Shown piece after piece: positions 1 to 9,700 of a stretch of 64,000 bases of DNA. The notes below the pieces were generated by a model. That model did not search any database. It worked only from the letters and a program-made list of their open reading frames with translations, and was not told where the DNA came from. Source of the stretch: Candidatus Methanoperedenaceae archaeon (GTDB lineage: Archaea; Halobacteriota; Methanosarcinia; Methanosarcinales; Methanoperedenaceae); NCBI GenBank assembly GCA_963753595.1, contig CAVWCX010000028.1:17670-81669 (forward strand), given 5' to 3'. The translations under genes were made by a program, and so were the position numbers. Position 1 is the first letter of the stretch, and each line of letters opens with the position of its first letter.

Positions 1-1309
1 TTATGAATTTTGTCGAAGTATTTTTCAATTCTTTGATCTCATATCTTATCAAAGAAATAAACAATTGAGCCAGAAACCCAATGATCAATGCTCCATAAAT
101 GCTATCCTCCGACCATACACGTACCGGTTTTATTTCAATCTCATTTTTCATCGAATTAAAAATCTTCTCGATTGAATCCTTCTTTCTATAGGTTTGTAAA
201 GCTTGTTCTAGTGTCAAATTCTCACTGGATTTAATGCAGAAAAATCCTTCTCGGCCCGTGATTATTATTTTTTCAAGAAGTTTCATTGCTTCTTCTTCAC
301 TAAGTTCTTCGAGTTTGGTTTGATATGAATACGAAATATCAATGAGAACATTATTGATACGGAACTTCTTTGGAAGCTGTTTCTTGTTATCAATCGATTT
401 TTGAATCTCTTTAGCTTCCTTTAATTTCTGCATTGCTTTTCTTGCTCTGGATTTTAACTGATCTTTCTGAAGATTCTCTGAAAAATAAAAATAGTCTATG
501 CTGCTAGGTTTGACAAATTTTATCCCGTAAACTCCTTTTTTTGCATCAACAAGCTCAGCTTTAAATTTATCAAACTCTTTAATCCTTTTATCGTCACTTT
601 TGTTCAGCTTCTTACTTGTCAGGTATTTCATCTTGTCTGCAAGAATGAGGTCAATATTGTTTTTGCTGTGAGCTCCTTTATCAAAAGTGATAAGGGAACC
701 TGGCTCGAGTTTGTCCTTGATTTGTTCATATGTATCAACGAAGTGTTTGGCATCATGCAGATTCCCTTTGTTTACTGTAATTCCAATCGGGACATTGATG
801 GGACTTGAAAGTTCACTAATTCCAACGGTTATTTGTTTCTTGTCAGGTCTATGGTCTCGACTGTACCCGTATTTTCCTAGCTTACTTTTATCTCCATAAA
901 GAACCAAACTTGTCCAATCAAGGTTGACATCAGTATGCTCAAAATTATATGTCTGGAATAATCGGTCTTGAATATCTGCAATTATTTCTTCCCTGTTCTT
1001 GCCTATGATTTCAAGTGCTCTGAAGAGTGTTTTTTCTTCGAATTTCTCAAGATTAAAGGTTTCAAGAACTTGACCACGATTTATCCACTCGCTGGCTTTA
1101 CTAATGCTGAGATTTTCAGTAAGCTTGTAACTTATGAGAGCTTGTATTAGGAAATTTAGATCTCTACCCTTCTTTTTGTATTTCTCAAAAATACATGAAA
1201 TGTCTAACTTTTCATATTTGTTTTTTACAGTAAGAATCGTTCCAATAGGAAAGCATATATTCTCATTCGGGGTAATTTCATCCGTCCTCAGTTTCGTTTG
1301 GTATCTCAT
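1..1309 (-). CDS. IS1634-family DDE transposase (3' end outside window; not in ORF track)
   Basis: Manual translation from ATG 1309: MRYQTKLRTDEITPNENICFPIG...NLDWTSLVLYG...GYSRDHRPDKKQ...TFDKGA...YRKKDSIEKIFNSMK...KFI, open to base 1. The GYSRDHRPD and Y-R-E-K motifs are typical. Confidence 0.85.
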   Translation of the reverse strand, partial: MRYQTKLRTDEITPNENICFPIGTILTVKNKYEKLDISCIFEKYKKKGRDLNFLIQALISYKLTENLSISKASEWINRGQVLETFNLEKFEEKTLFRALEIIGKNREEIIADIQDRLFQTYNFEHTDVNLDWTSLVLYGDKSKLGKYGYSRDHRPDKKQITVGISELSSPINVPIGITVNKGNLHDAKHFVDTYEQIKDKLEPGSLITFDKGAHSKNNIDLILADKMKYLTSKKLNKSDDKRIKEFDKFKAELVDAKKGVYGIKFVKPSSIDYFYFSENLQKDQLKSRARKAMQKLKEAKEIQKSIDNKKQLPKKFRINNVLIDISYSYQTKLEELSEEEAMKLLEKIIITGREGFFCIKSSENLTLEQALQTYRKKDSIEKIFNSMKNEIEIKPVRVWSEDSIYGALIIGFLAQLFISLIRYEIKELKNTSTKFI

Positions 1310-1360
1310 TAATAACAAACATGCTGAGGGCAATATTATTATTTAACTGTCAAAGTCAGG
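1..1360 (-). mobile_element. IS1634-like insertion sequence, running off the left edge of the window
   Basis: Transposase ORF plus terminus reading CCTGACTTTGACAGTTAAA on the minus strand from 1360. A degenerate counterpart (CCTAATTTGATAGTTAAA) borders the related remnant at 32361. Confidence 0.75.
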
Positions 1361-1798
1361 CTATAAATCGACTGGTGAAATTCCTGTAATAGGGTCGGCC
1401 TTGGGCGACCAAAGAAGGATATTCCGGAAAAATGGAAGGAAATCATCAAAGAAGAATATGATATGTTTCGACCGAATGCGTTGTATCAGGAAAAAACTAT
1501 TTATGCAAGATGCAAAATAAGAATACCTCACAATACAATACACAAAGTAATGCTCGAATTCGGATTTGCAGAGGAAAAAGAGAACATGCAAAAATAAAGA
1601 AAATCCTGGATACGATATGAACGGAAACCTTCATTATCGGTAGTTCATATTGACTGGCACCTAAGCAAGGTTAATGGAAAGCAGTTATGTTCTATCGTGG
1701 ATGATGCATCTCGAAAAGTCCTATCGTCAGGAGAATTTGACAACGCTACTGAAGAGAACTCTTTGAAAGTCATGAATGAAGCAATTGAAAGAACAATT

Positions 1799-3339
1799 CA
1801 TTGGTCATCGGTTAAGCCCACCAGTCATCCCTGAACCGATGTCTACTGACATGGGGATCAAGTGCCTGACTTGAATAGACATTCATAACAGTCAGAATAG
1901 TTCTTTCAATCCCATAATACCGAAGTATCAGAGTAAGCTGTTTATCAGCATTTTCGGCAAAAATCGTACTCCATCGCAATTGTGTAAAACGAGAACCAAT
2001 ATCTTTTGGATTATACTTCCGAACTAACGAATATATTCTCCTGCTTACTAAAAGGGTAAGAATCGATATCCAGATAAAGGCTTCGATAATTTGTGTGTTC
2101 TTTGTATTCACAACATCAAGAGCGTATCTGCTTTTCAGTTCTTTAAAGATCAGTTCAATATCCCATCTTGCTCCATAGAGTTTCGCAACATCCTCAGCCT
2201 CCAAAACATCTTTTGCAATATTAGTAAGATAGACATGATACTTTTCTTCATCTTCATTAAAAACCGCTACCAATCGGAACTGTTCCATTCTTGTCTTACT
2301 TTTCCCATTATAATTCGGTTTCTTGAATGAGACCTCAACTTCAACATCGAGTACTTGTCTTTTTAACTTGGGGAGAATTTCACTGATATATTTCCCTTTC
2401 ACATCAATACTATTCCCCCGACACGTATTATGCACATCAACAATAAGAGGATCCGCACTTCCTTTCAATCTGGACACGAAGTAACCGCCATTCTCCTTGA
2501 TTTTAGCAAAGAGTAGATGTTTGTAGAAACCAAGATCGATAAGAAGAATTCTATCTTTTATCCATGGACCTATTCGCAGAGTCTTCAATTCATTTGTACT
2601 TTCAGGATGAATAGTGATGCTTTTTGGGCTGTTTGCCACGGCACTTACCAACAAACTCACTTTAACGCCAGCTGCTACCGTTCTGGAACGTGCTGCCGGG
2701 AATTTTTTAGCAAGAGACTTATGCAATCTGATAATTGTGCTGTCCTGTATCATTACATCCTGGAATTTAGCTATTTTTTCATTGAGAACTTTGGTTTGTT
2801 CCTTAGCAAGCTGTTCAATTCCATGAGTTACACATAGCCTCAGGAATGCAACAAGTTCAGGTGTGAATCTTTCATACCAGCTGCTGTCGCTCAGTTTTTT
2901 ATTGGAAAACTTTTCATAATTCCGTTTGACAAAGGCTAGATTTCTTGCAAGGCGAACACCATAACTATTGACAAGAACCCAAAACATTTCTACGGCTGTC
3001 ACTTTTCTCTCTCTTTCTATGAGGCCGGTTTCTTTTGCTGCTTGTTTCAGCCATTCTGGAGGGAATAGTGTGTAGAGGTCTTTTTCAATTATATCGGGGT
3101 CATAAGATGGGATTTTTGTGTTTGGTTCTTTGGGCTTTTTCATGCTACTGATCCTCTTTCTAATTTTAATACAGTAAAATTAGAATTTTTAAGTAATATA
3201 TGCATGCTAAGACGATAAATGCTTCGCTATATAACGATTATTTCAACTGGAAACCCAAAGCTATTGACTAAAAACGAGTAATTCTGCAATCTTTTTTGAG
3301 ATAATTCATTGAGCAGAATTCCTTAACCGATGACCAATG
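1799..3339 (-). mobile_element. IS4-family (ISH8-like) element, copy 1
   Basis: Perfect 18-bp TIR CATTGGTCATCGGTTAAG. 10-bp TSD AAGAACAATT at 1789-1798 and 3340-3349. Confidence 0.95.
1812..3143 (-). CDS. IS4-family transposase
   Basis: IQDST, LIDLGF and YGARWDIELIFKELK (DDE/YREK) motifs; 443 aa. Confidence 0.95.
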   Translation of the reverse strand: MKKPKEPNTKIPSYDPDIIEKDLYTLFPPEWLKQAAKETGLIERERKVTAVEMFWVLVNSYGVRLARNLAFVKRNYEKFSNKKLSDSSWYERFTPELVAFLRLCVTHGIEQLAKEQTKVLNEKIAKFQDVMIQDSTIIRLHKSLAKKFPAARSRTVAAGVKVSLLVSAVANSPKSITIHPESTNELKTLRIGPWIKDRILLIDLGFYKHLLFAKIKENGGYFVSRLKGSADPLIVDVHNTCRGNSIDVKGKYISEILPKLKRQVLDVEVEVSFKKPNYNGKSKTRMEQFRLVAVFNEDEEKYHVYLTNIAKDVLEAEDVAKLYGARWDIELIFKELKSRYALDVVNTKNTQIIEAFIWISILTLLVSRRIYSLVRKYNPKDIGSRFTQLRWSTIFAENADKQLTLILRYYGIERTILTVMNVYSSQALDPHVSRHRFRDDWWA

Positions 3340-3657
3340 AAGAACAATTCATCTGTATCCGATTCAAACAAAAGAGATAAAAATGAGTATGCAGAACACG
3401 CATTTGAACTTTTTCTTAAGGATAAGGGTATCAAGCAGATCTTGTGTGATGTAAATCATCCGCAGACGAATGGAAAAGAGGAGAAGTTTCACGATTTTTA
3501 CAAGAACCATAGGGGAAGATTTGAAAGTCTGGATAAATTGATCGAGTGGTACAATAATCGCCCTCATTTTGCTTTGAATTTAAGACGGGCAGAAACGCCA
3601 GATCAGGCATTAATCCGTAAGATGCATCCTGAGGTCTGGCTCGGTTTTGCTTTTAAG

Positions 3658-5199
3658 CCGTAACTCTCCCTTTTTTACGTAATACTCAAATCAATCCCCA
3701 ATTTTTCAATAAGTAAACGTGTCTTTTTAGGAATCTCAGAGATCTCCCAGTCATCCCCTATCTTAACATTGAACACTCTTGATAGATGTAGAATAACATC
3801 TTTTGGTGAACATCTGCTTAAAATATCCCTGGAAAGTAGCAATCCATAAACCTTATAATAAAGAAGTAGAGCGACAAAATTCACAAACATCCATCCTTCC
3901 ATTGCGGAATCATCTCTCATATAACTGCGATCTGCATTCAACACATTTTTAAATGTGTCAAAAGTAACCTCGATCTCAACACGGCTTTTCAGCAACTCGA
4001 AAATTTTCTGTGGGGACAAATCCAATCCTGTAATTATCGATATTGTGCCAAACTTACTATCATTTTCATGAAACTCTTCTATCTTGAGCTTTCCTTCATT
4101 CACCCTTATTAAAAAATCACGTTCCTCTTCCACTTTCAAAAAGTTATCCAGGAATGTAACTATCCTTTTCCCATCTAATACACGTTCATAATGCCAAATC
4201 ACTCGGTTCTCAAAAAGAAAATGACCATCAAACTGCTTTCTTCCGGCCTGTTTTAGAGGTGAGTAATCGATGAACTGACTATTCCTTTTCAGAGGTAAAA
4301 TATACCTTATTTTCTTTGTTTCCAATTCTTTCGCATTGTCTGCAGAATAGAAACCCTTGTCTCCCACCAAAATAATGTCCTTCACCTTCGATTCTTCCAT
4401 GGATAAAAGCAAACTGGAAACGTCCCTTATCGAACCGGGAACAAGTCTATAAAATATCGGCTGCATTCGATCAAGTGAAAAAAGCAAAAAAAGATTTATT
4501 TGCGGGAGGTAGTTCCTTTCTGAATTTCGACCTAAAGTAGCTGATATCACATTTTCTGAAAGAGAGAAAACATGTGTGAGATCAACCGCCATACATTCAT
4601 CTTGTGCTATGTATTTTGACAGGAATTTCTTGATAAGATCTCTTTGCTGCCCTATTGCGTGAAGTATGTTGCTAAGTGTCTTGGGAGATACTTTTGCATC
4701 GGGTATGATGTCAGATAAGTAAGAACTCTGGTAATGATTTTGAACATTCTTTAGTGGTGATGATGAGAAAAAACGAAATGCTGCGAATGTGAATATCTCC
4801 TTCCATATATCTGGAAACACTTCTTTCAGGTTTTGGATGATATCTTTTGATTCATTAGCTATGAATCGTGATGCTCCAAACTCTTTTACACTAATATTTT
4901 TCCGTGATTCTATTGTCCTTTCATGTTTTGGTTTTATGAGTCCTTCTTCTGTTATTTTGCCAAGAAATTTTTCTGTGATCTTTTTGGCCCGTTTCTTTTC
5001 TTTGTCATATTCGCTTCTGATTTTGTAGAGATAATAGTACTTTCCGAGTTTTCTTATTTCTGTCCCTTTTGTTTTGTGTTTCAATACCCAATCCGGATGA
5101 GTCATAATATTACGTATATACGTAATACAAATATATAAAGATTACGGTATGTGTTGACAGTTTTCTAAAAAATATTACACAAATTGGGCGGAGTTAAGG
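3658..5199 (-). mobile_element. IS1634-like element (second type)
   Basis: Imperfect TIRs CCGTAACTCTCCC / GGGCGGAGTTAAGG. 6-bp TSD TTTAAG at 3652-3657 and 5200-5205. Confidence 0.85.
3675..5105 (-). CDS. DDE transposase (IS1634/IS4 superfamily)
   Basis: AVDLT, PGSIRD, VGDKGFYS and RVEIEVTFDTFKN motifs; 476 aa. Confidence 0.9.
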   Translation of the reverse strand: MTHPDWVLKHKTKGTEIRKLGKYYYLYKIRSEYDKEKKRAKKITEKFLGKITEEGLIKPKHERTIESRKNISVKEFGASRFIANESKDIIQNLKEVFPDIWKEIFTFAAFRFFSSSPLKNVQNHYQSSYLSDIIPDAKVSPKTLSNILHAIGQQRDLIKKFLSKYIAQDECMAVDLTHVFSLSENVISATLGRNSERNYLPQINLFLLFSLDRMQPIFYRLVPGSIRDVSSLLLSMEESKVKDIILVGDKGFYSADNAKELETKKIRYILPLKRNSQFIDYSPLKQAGRKQFDGHFLFENRVIWHYERVLDGKRIVTFLDNFLKVEEERDFLIRVNEGKLKIEEFHENDSKFGTISIITGLDLSPQKIFELLKSRVEIEVTFDTFKNVLNADRSYMRDDSAMEGWMFVNFVALLLYYKVYGLLLSRDILSRCSPKDVILHLSRVFNVKIGDDWEISEIPKKTRLLIEKLGIDLSIT

Positions 5200-5318
5200 T
5201 TTAAGATGTTTGGATGGTGAATTTTTATGAAAACTGTACAAAAGGTAAAATAAGTTAAGACTGAGGAAATTAGGAGATATTGCGATTATAGAAAGATTTA
5301 TGTTTAACCTAAAGCCAT

Positions 5319-6245
5319 TTGAAAATATCAATGAAAGCTATAGGTTTGCGATGCAATAACAGGGAGGATTGGAAAAAATATTATTGGATGGCATTAATCA
5401 CAGGTATATTATTGTTAATTTTATTAAGTGTAAATAATGCACGCAACGAATATGCCGAATGGGAGAATATAAAAAATCAAGTGGATTCATCTCTTTTGAA
5501 TGCGAGTAATTTAAAAAATTCAGGTTTTTTTTTGAAAGCAAGGGATGAATACGAGGGTATTCTCAATAATATCTCATCAAAAAGATTTCCTGATGAATAT
5601 ATAATAACCCAGAACAATCTAGGATATATATACCAGAAATTAGCTCAGGAGCAAGATGAAAGGGCTAACCTTTTAAAAGCCATTAAAGCTTACCGTGAAT
5701 CATTAAAGATATCAACTGAAGATTACAATCTTATAGATCGTGCACAAACCTATAATGACCTTGGAGATGCATACAGGGATTTGGCTAAGATAAGTGATAA
5801 AAGAAATAACATTGAGAAAGCAATCGATTATTACAATGAAACATTGAAGATGAGACCGGTTGATGAATATCCAGTAGCTTATGCAACCATTCAGAATAAC
5901 CTTGGAATTGCGTATAGAATGTTGGCTGAAGAAAATGATAAAGAACTTAACCTTAAAAAAGCTTTCGATGCTAATTATGAAGCATTAAAGATCTATAGTG
6001 CTGAAAAATATACAACAGGTTATGCAACCACCCAGAATGAACTTGGGAATGCATACTTAATGTTGGCTGAAATAAAAGATAAAGATACAAATCTTAAGAA
6101 TGCTATCGATGCTTACTATGAGGCTCTAGAAATTTTTACTGAAGATAAACATCTGACTAAATACCAGGCTATTATGTCAAACCTTGAGAAGGCTCAGAAT
6201 CTGTTACAAAACAATGTTTCATTTTCAAATGTTATTCAAAATTAG
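5319..6245 (+). CDS. Membrane-anchored tetratricopeptide repeat protein
   Basis: N-terminal hydrophobic helix, then repeated YATxQNNLGxAY...AIxAYxEALxI TPR units. True start probably 5331 or 5388. Confidence 0.85.
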   Translation: MKISMKAIGLRCNNREDWKKYYWMALITGILLLILLSVNNARNEYAEWENIKNQVDSSLLNASNLKNSGFFLKARDEYEGILNNISSKRFPDEYIITQNNLGYIYQKLAQEQDERANLLKAIKAYRESLKISTEDYNLIDRAQTYNDLGDAYRDLAKISDKRNNIEKAIDYYNETLKMRPVDEYPVAYATIQNNLGIAYRMLAEENDKELNLKKAFDANYEALKIYSAEKYTTGYATTQNELGNAYLMLAEIKDKDTNLKNAIDAYYEALEIFTEDKHLTKYQAIMSNLEKAQNLLQNNVSFSNVIQN

Positions 6246-6269
6246 CTTGAAAGAAAAAAATCGCAGAAT

Positions 6270-6875
6270 CTAAATTTTACTTCTGCGGATTATGAATAAC
6301 AAACCAAACACTCCAAACCCAGTGAGTGCTATGGTTGATAATTCAGGGACCGGTGGAGGTGGCTTGTATTCAGGTAATAGCTTATCTGTTGAACCGGAAA
6401 AGCTGCTTTGAGAACCGCTATCACTTCCATCACCACTCCAACCACCACTAATACAAAGAGGCACTTCTATTGTCAACTCTTCTCCATTACTGGATACCAG
6501 TTTTAATGTAGAAACTCCATATGGAAGAGGAAGGTCTATACTAATTTTTGTATTTTTCAACAAATCTATTGTAGTGTTTAATGGATAAACGCTAATTGAT
6601 TGGTTCTCCACATCGAGATTTATCAATCTGAGGTCGATAACTTGCTCAGAATCAGTTATATTTGTACATGTCCGGACCTCTCCAGAGAATTTCGATCCTG
6701 TGGTCTGAGGTCCTGCAGGGTATGTATTAGATGATAGGGAATTTTCAACATTTTTTTCTTCAACATCAGGGATATTAATTCCTATGGCTGGTGAACTCCC
6801 CATCGTGATGAGGAGGATAGCTAAAAAAATCGCACAAAAAAAAATTACTATAATTCCAATGTGTATCTTATTCAT
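6270..6875 (-). CDS. Secreted protein with PEF-CTERM-like sorting tail
   Basis: Signal-like N-terminus, Gly/Ser linker, C-terminal PPPPVPEL + TM helix + RRSK. Confidence 0.75.
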   Translation of the reverse strand: MNKIHIGIIVIFFCAIFLAILLITMGSSPAIGINIPDVEEKNVENSLSSNTYPAGPQTTGSKFSGEVRTCTNITDSEQVIDLRLINLDVENQSISVYPLNTTIDLLKNTKISIDLPLPYGVSTLKLVSSNGEELTIEVPLCISGGWSGDGSDSGSQSSFSGSTDKLLPEYKPPPPVPELSTIALTGFGVFGLLFIIRRSKI

Positions 6876-6989
6876 ATTTATACATACACTCTTTGTCTAT
6901 ATAAATATTATTCTTTCAATTATATATATATAATCATTATGAGTATAACTTGATATGAAACTTTTCGCGCTAAAATTTGTGAAATATTA

Positions 6990-7432
6990 TGATCGGTGGT
7001 AGAAAAAGCCAATTCTATCATTATAGCCCATAGATCATGAATATTTAACATACCCGAAAACAAAGTTTCATTAGACCCCCTCTCCATATATCTAAAAAAA
7101 TCATAGCAGGGAATAGATAATATTCATTGCTAAGGCCAAAAGAGCCCAACTCCAAAAGGATAGCTTGTATCAGATGCAAAAGCCAGTTAAACCAGTATCA
7201 CATGTGAATTATAAAGTCCTGAGATAAGTATAAAACTATTGAAGAATAACCCTTTTTTCCTGTTTGCACAATGCTTGAAATAAGTCCCACAAAAATAGCT
7301 GCCCAAGGCTATAGACAATGCTTTGATCATATAAGTTTGGGTTGTTAACAAGAATACCAATGACAATGTCGAGATCGGAAATATTTGATATAACAGCATT
7401 CATAAAAGGGAATGACCGATAGGGCTTGGCAA
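6990..7432 (-). pseudogene. YdjM-like membrane metal-dependent hydrolase pseudogene (3' boundary approximate)
   Basis: Motifs spread over several frames: LPSPIGHSL, AVISNISDLDIVIG...YSLG (decayed PDLD...HSL), SHVIL, DTSYPFGVGLFWP. Confidence 0.55.
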
Positions 7433-7534
7433 AACATCACTTCTTTTGAAATCCTTTTCCTACTTCCTGTGTTGTAATGATGATGTAACGATGCAAATCT
7501 ATAAATAATGCGTTATTAATCTACAATCATTAAT

Positions 7535-8494
7535 ATGGAGAATCAGATAATCAAAATTCCATCAATTTCAGTAGTTATTCCTCTTCTGAACGAGAGTGAA
7601 AACATAGATGAGCTTTACGAAAGTTTAAATAAAGTTATCAAATCCTATCCAAATAGAGAAGTCCTCTTCATTGACGACGGTTCTACAGACAATACCTTTG
7701 AGATACTTAAGGATCTCCACGAAAAAGATCCCTCGGTAAAAATAATCCGCTTTCGCCGTAATTTTGGTCAGACAGCTGCTTTATCTGCCGGTTTTGACCA
7801 CGCCAGTGGAGATGTAATAATAACCATGGATGGTGATATGCAGAACGATCCTGCAGATATCCCCAGATTACTTGAGAAAATAGACAAGGGTTATGATGTT
7901 GTATGTGGCTGGCGTGCTGATAGGAATGATCCATTTATCACGAAAAAAATCCCATCCAGGATGTCCAACTGGTTAGCCTACAGATTAACAGGAGTGAGAC
8001 TGCACGATAGCGGCTGTACTCTAAAGGCATTTAGAAGTGAAGTAATCAAAAGTATCCGATTATACGGTGAAATGCATCGGTTTATTCCAGCAGTTGCAAG
8101 CTGGATGGGTGTCTCTATAGAAGAGATACCTGTAAAGCATAATCCACGTGTCCATGGGATATCTAAATATTCCGCATCAAGGTTGTTCAGAGGTTTCCTT
8201 GATCTTATGACCGTGAAGTTCCTGCTAAGCTACTCAACAAGGCCTATGCAGCTTTTCGGGATCCCAGGGATAATATCAGGGTTTCTTGGTATTTTAATCG
8301 GAGTGTATTTGACGTATATCAGGCTTATTCTCGGACAAGGAATCGGGGATAGACCGCTGCTCATGCTGGCTGTTCTGCTTACGATCCTGGGGATACAATT
8401 TATCAGCATGGGATTGCTTGGTGAGATCATTATCAGGACGTATTACGAGGTTTTGAATAAACCGATATACTCTATAAAAGAAATAATTGAATGA
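7535..8494 (+). CDS. GT2 glycosyltransferase (ArnC/polyprenol-phosphate glycosyltransferase-like)
   Basis: IDDGSTD, RRNFGQTAA, MDGDMQNDP, LYGEMHRFIP; two C-terminal TM helices. Confidence 0.92.
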   Translation: MENQIIKIPSISVVIPLLNESENIDELYESLNKVIKSYPNREVLFIDDGSTDNTFEILKDLHEKDPSVKIIRFRRNFGQTAALSAGFDHASGDVIITMDGDMQNDPADIPRLLEKIDKGYDVVCGWRADRNDPFITKKIPSRMSNWLAYRLTGVRLHDSGCTLKAFRSEVIKSIRLYGEMHRFIPAVASWMGVSIEEIPVKHNPRVHGISKYSASRLFRGFLDLMTVKFLLSYSTRPMQLFGIPGIISGFLGILIGVYLTYIRLILGQGIGDRPLLMLAVLLTILGIQFISMGLLGEIIIRTYYEVLNKPIYSIKEIIE

Positions 8495-8517
8495 AAATTA
8501 TAATATAAAATATTATT

Positions 8518-9699
8518 ATGAAAATACTTATGCTGGCTCCAGAGCCATTTTTTGAGACACGGGGGACACCTTTCAGCGTATTTCACCGTTCAAAAGCGCT
8601 TGGAAAATTGGGACATGAAATAGACCTGTTGGTTTATCATGTGGGTGAAAATGTAAATATAGATAATGTTGTAATCCATAGGATCCCGACCCTACCTTTT
8701 GTGAAGCATGTAAAAATTGGCCCCTCCCTTATTAAGATACCTCTGGATATTGTTTTGTTCTTTAAAGCCATCCAAATGCTTCTTATAAAAAAATATGACT
8801 GTATCCATGTACACGAAGAAGCAGCATTATTCGGAAGTATTCTAAAGAAGATCTTCGGAATGACCCAGATATACGATATGCACTCGAGTATTCCCCAGCA
8901 ACTTGTAAATTTTGAATTTACGAACAATAAAGCATTAATTAAATTAGCGGTTCTCGGTGAAAAATTCATAATTAAGAATTCAGAAGCCGTAATCGCAATA
9001 TGTCCCCAGCTGGGAGAAACCATAAAAAGCATAGATCCTGAGAAAAGGTTCTGGATCATTGAAAATCCATCCGTATCAGGAAATAATTGCAAATATCCCA
9101 ATGTTGAAAGTGAGAAGATAAGGAATTATTTAGGTGTTAATAACAGGAAAGTAATACTATATACGGGAACCTTTGAACCATATCAGGGAATTGATCTGAT
9201 GATTAAATCCATCCCCAAAGTTATTAAAGAAGTGAAAAACGTTTTGTTTGTAATGGTTGGTGGAGAAAAAAATCAAATTGAAGAGATGGAAAAGCTGGTT
9301 GAGCAGTTGGATGTGAGAGATCATATTAGATTTACAGGGAAACGCCCGGTAAATGAAATGCCCCTGTATATGGAGATCGCAGATATCCTTGCATCTCCCC
9401 GGATCACAGGAACAAATACACCCTTAAAATTATATTCTTATCTTGAATCAGGAAAACCAATTGTTGCAACCAATTTATCTACTCATACACAAGTGTTAAA
9501 TGAAGAAGTTGCAGTGCTGACCGAACCTGATCCTGAAGGTTTTGCGAAAGGTTTGCTAAGAATTCTCACAAATGAGGATATGGGGGATGAGATCGGGAAG
9601 AAAGGAAAAGAACTCGCAGAAAGAAAATACAGCTACAGTGCTTATTTATCCAAAATTGAAGATGTGTATGACTATATTAAATTCTTAAAGGGGTTATGA
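8518..9699 (+). CDS. GT4 glycosyltransferase
   Basis: GT-B fold motifs YTGTFEPYQG and PLKLYSYLESGKPIVAT. Confidence 0.9.
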   Translation: MKILMLAPEPFFETRGTPFSVFHRSKALGKLGHEIDLLVYHVGENVNIDNVVIHRIPTLPFVKHVKIGPSLIKIPLDIVLFFKAIQMLLIKKYDCIHVHEEAALFGSILKKIFGMTQIYDMHSSIPQQLVNFEFTNNKALIKLAVLGEKFIIKNSEAVIAICPQLGETIKSIDPEKRFWIIENPSVSGNNCKYPNVESEKIRNYLGVNNRKVILYTGTFEPYQGIDLMIKSIPKVIKEVKNVLFVMVGGEKNQIEEMEKLVEQLDVRDHIRFTGKRPVNEMPLYMEIADILASPRITGTNTPLKLYSYLESGKPIVATNLSTHTQVLNEEVAVLTEPDPEGFAKGLLRILTNEDMGDEIGKKGKELAERKYSYSAYLSKIEDVYDYIKFLKGL

Positions 9700-9700
9700 A

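Larger units (their letters stand above)
1361..5220 (+). pseudogene. IS481-like (integrase core) transposase pseudogene in three pieces: 1361-1798, 3350-3657, 5206-5220
   Basis: GRPKK...IRYERKPSLSVVHIDWH...IVDDASRKV...HPQTNGKEEKFH...WYNNRPH...ETP. It has an internal stop near 1595 and lacks the second catalytic Asp segment. Removing the two inserted ISs restores ...WLGFAFKMFGW*. Confidence 0.8.

Noticed and set aside
3337-3663. ORFs starting at 3337 and 59067 as independent genes
   Set aside because: Their ATGs come from the IS4 terminal repeat; they are fragments of the interrupted IS481 transposase and hsdM.
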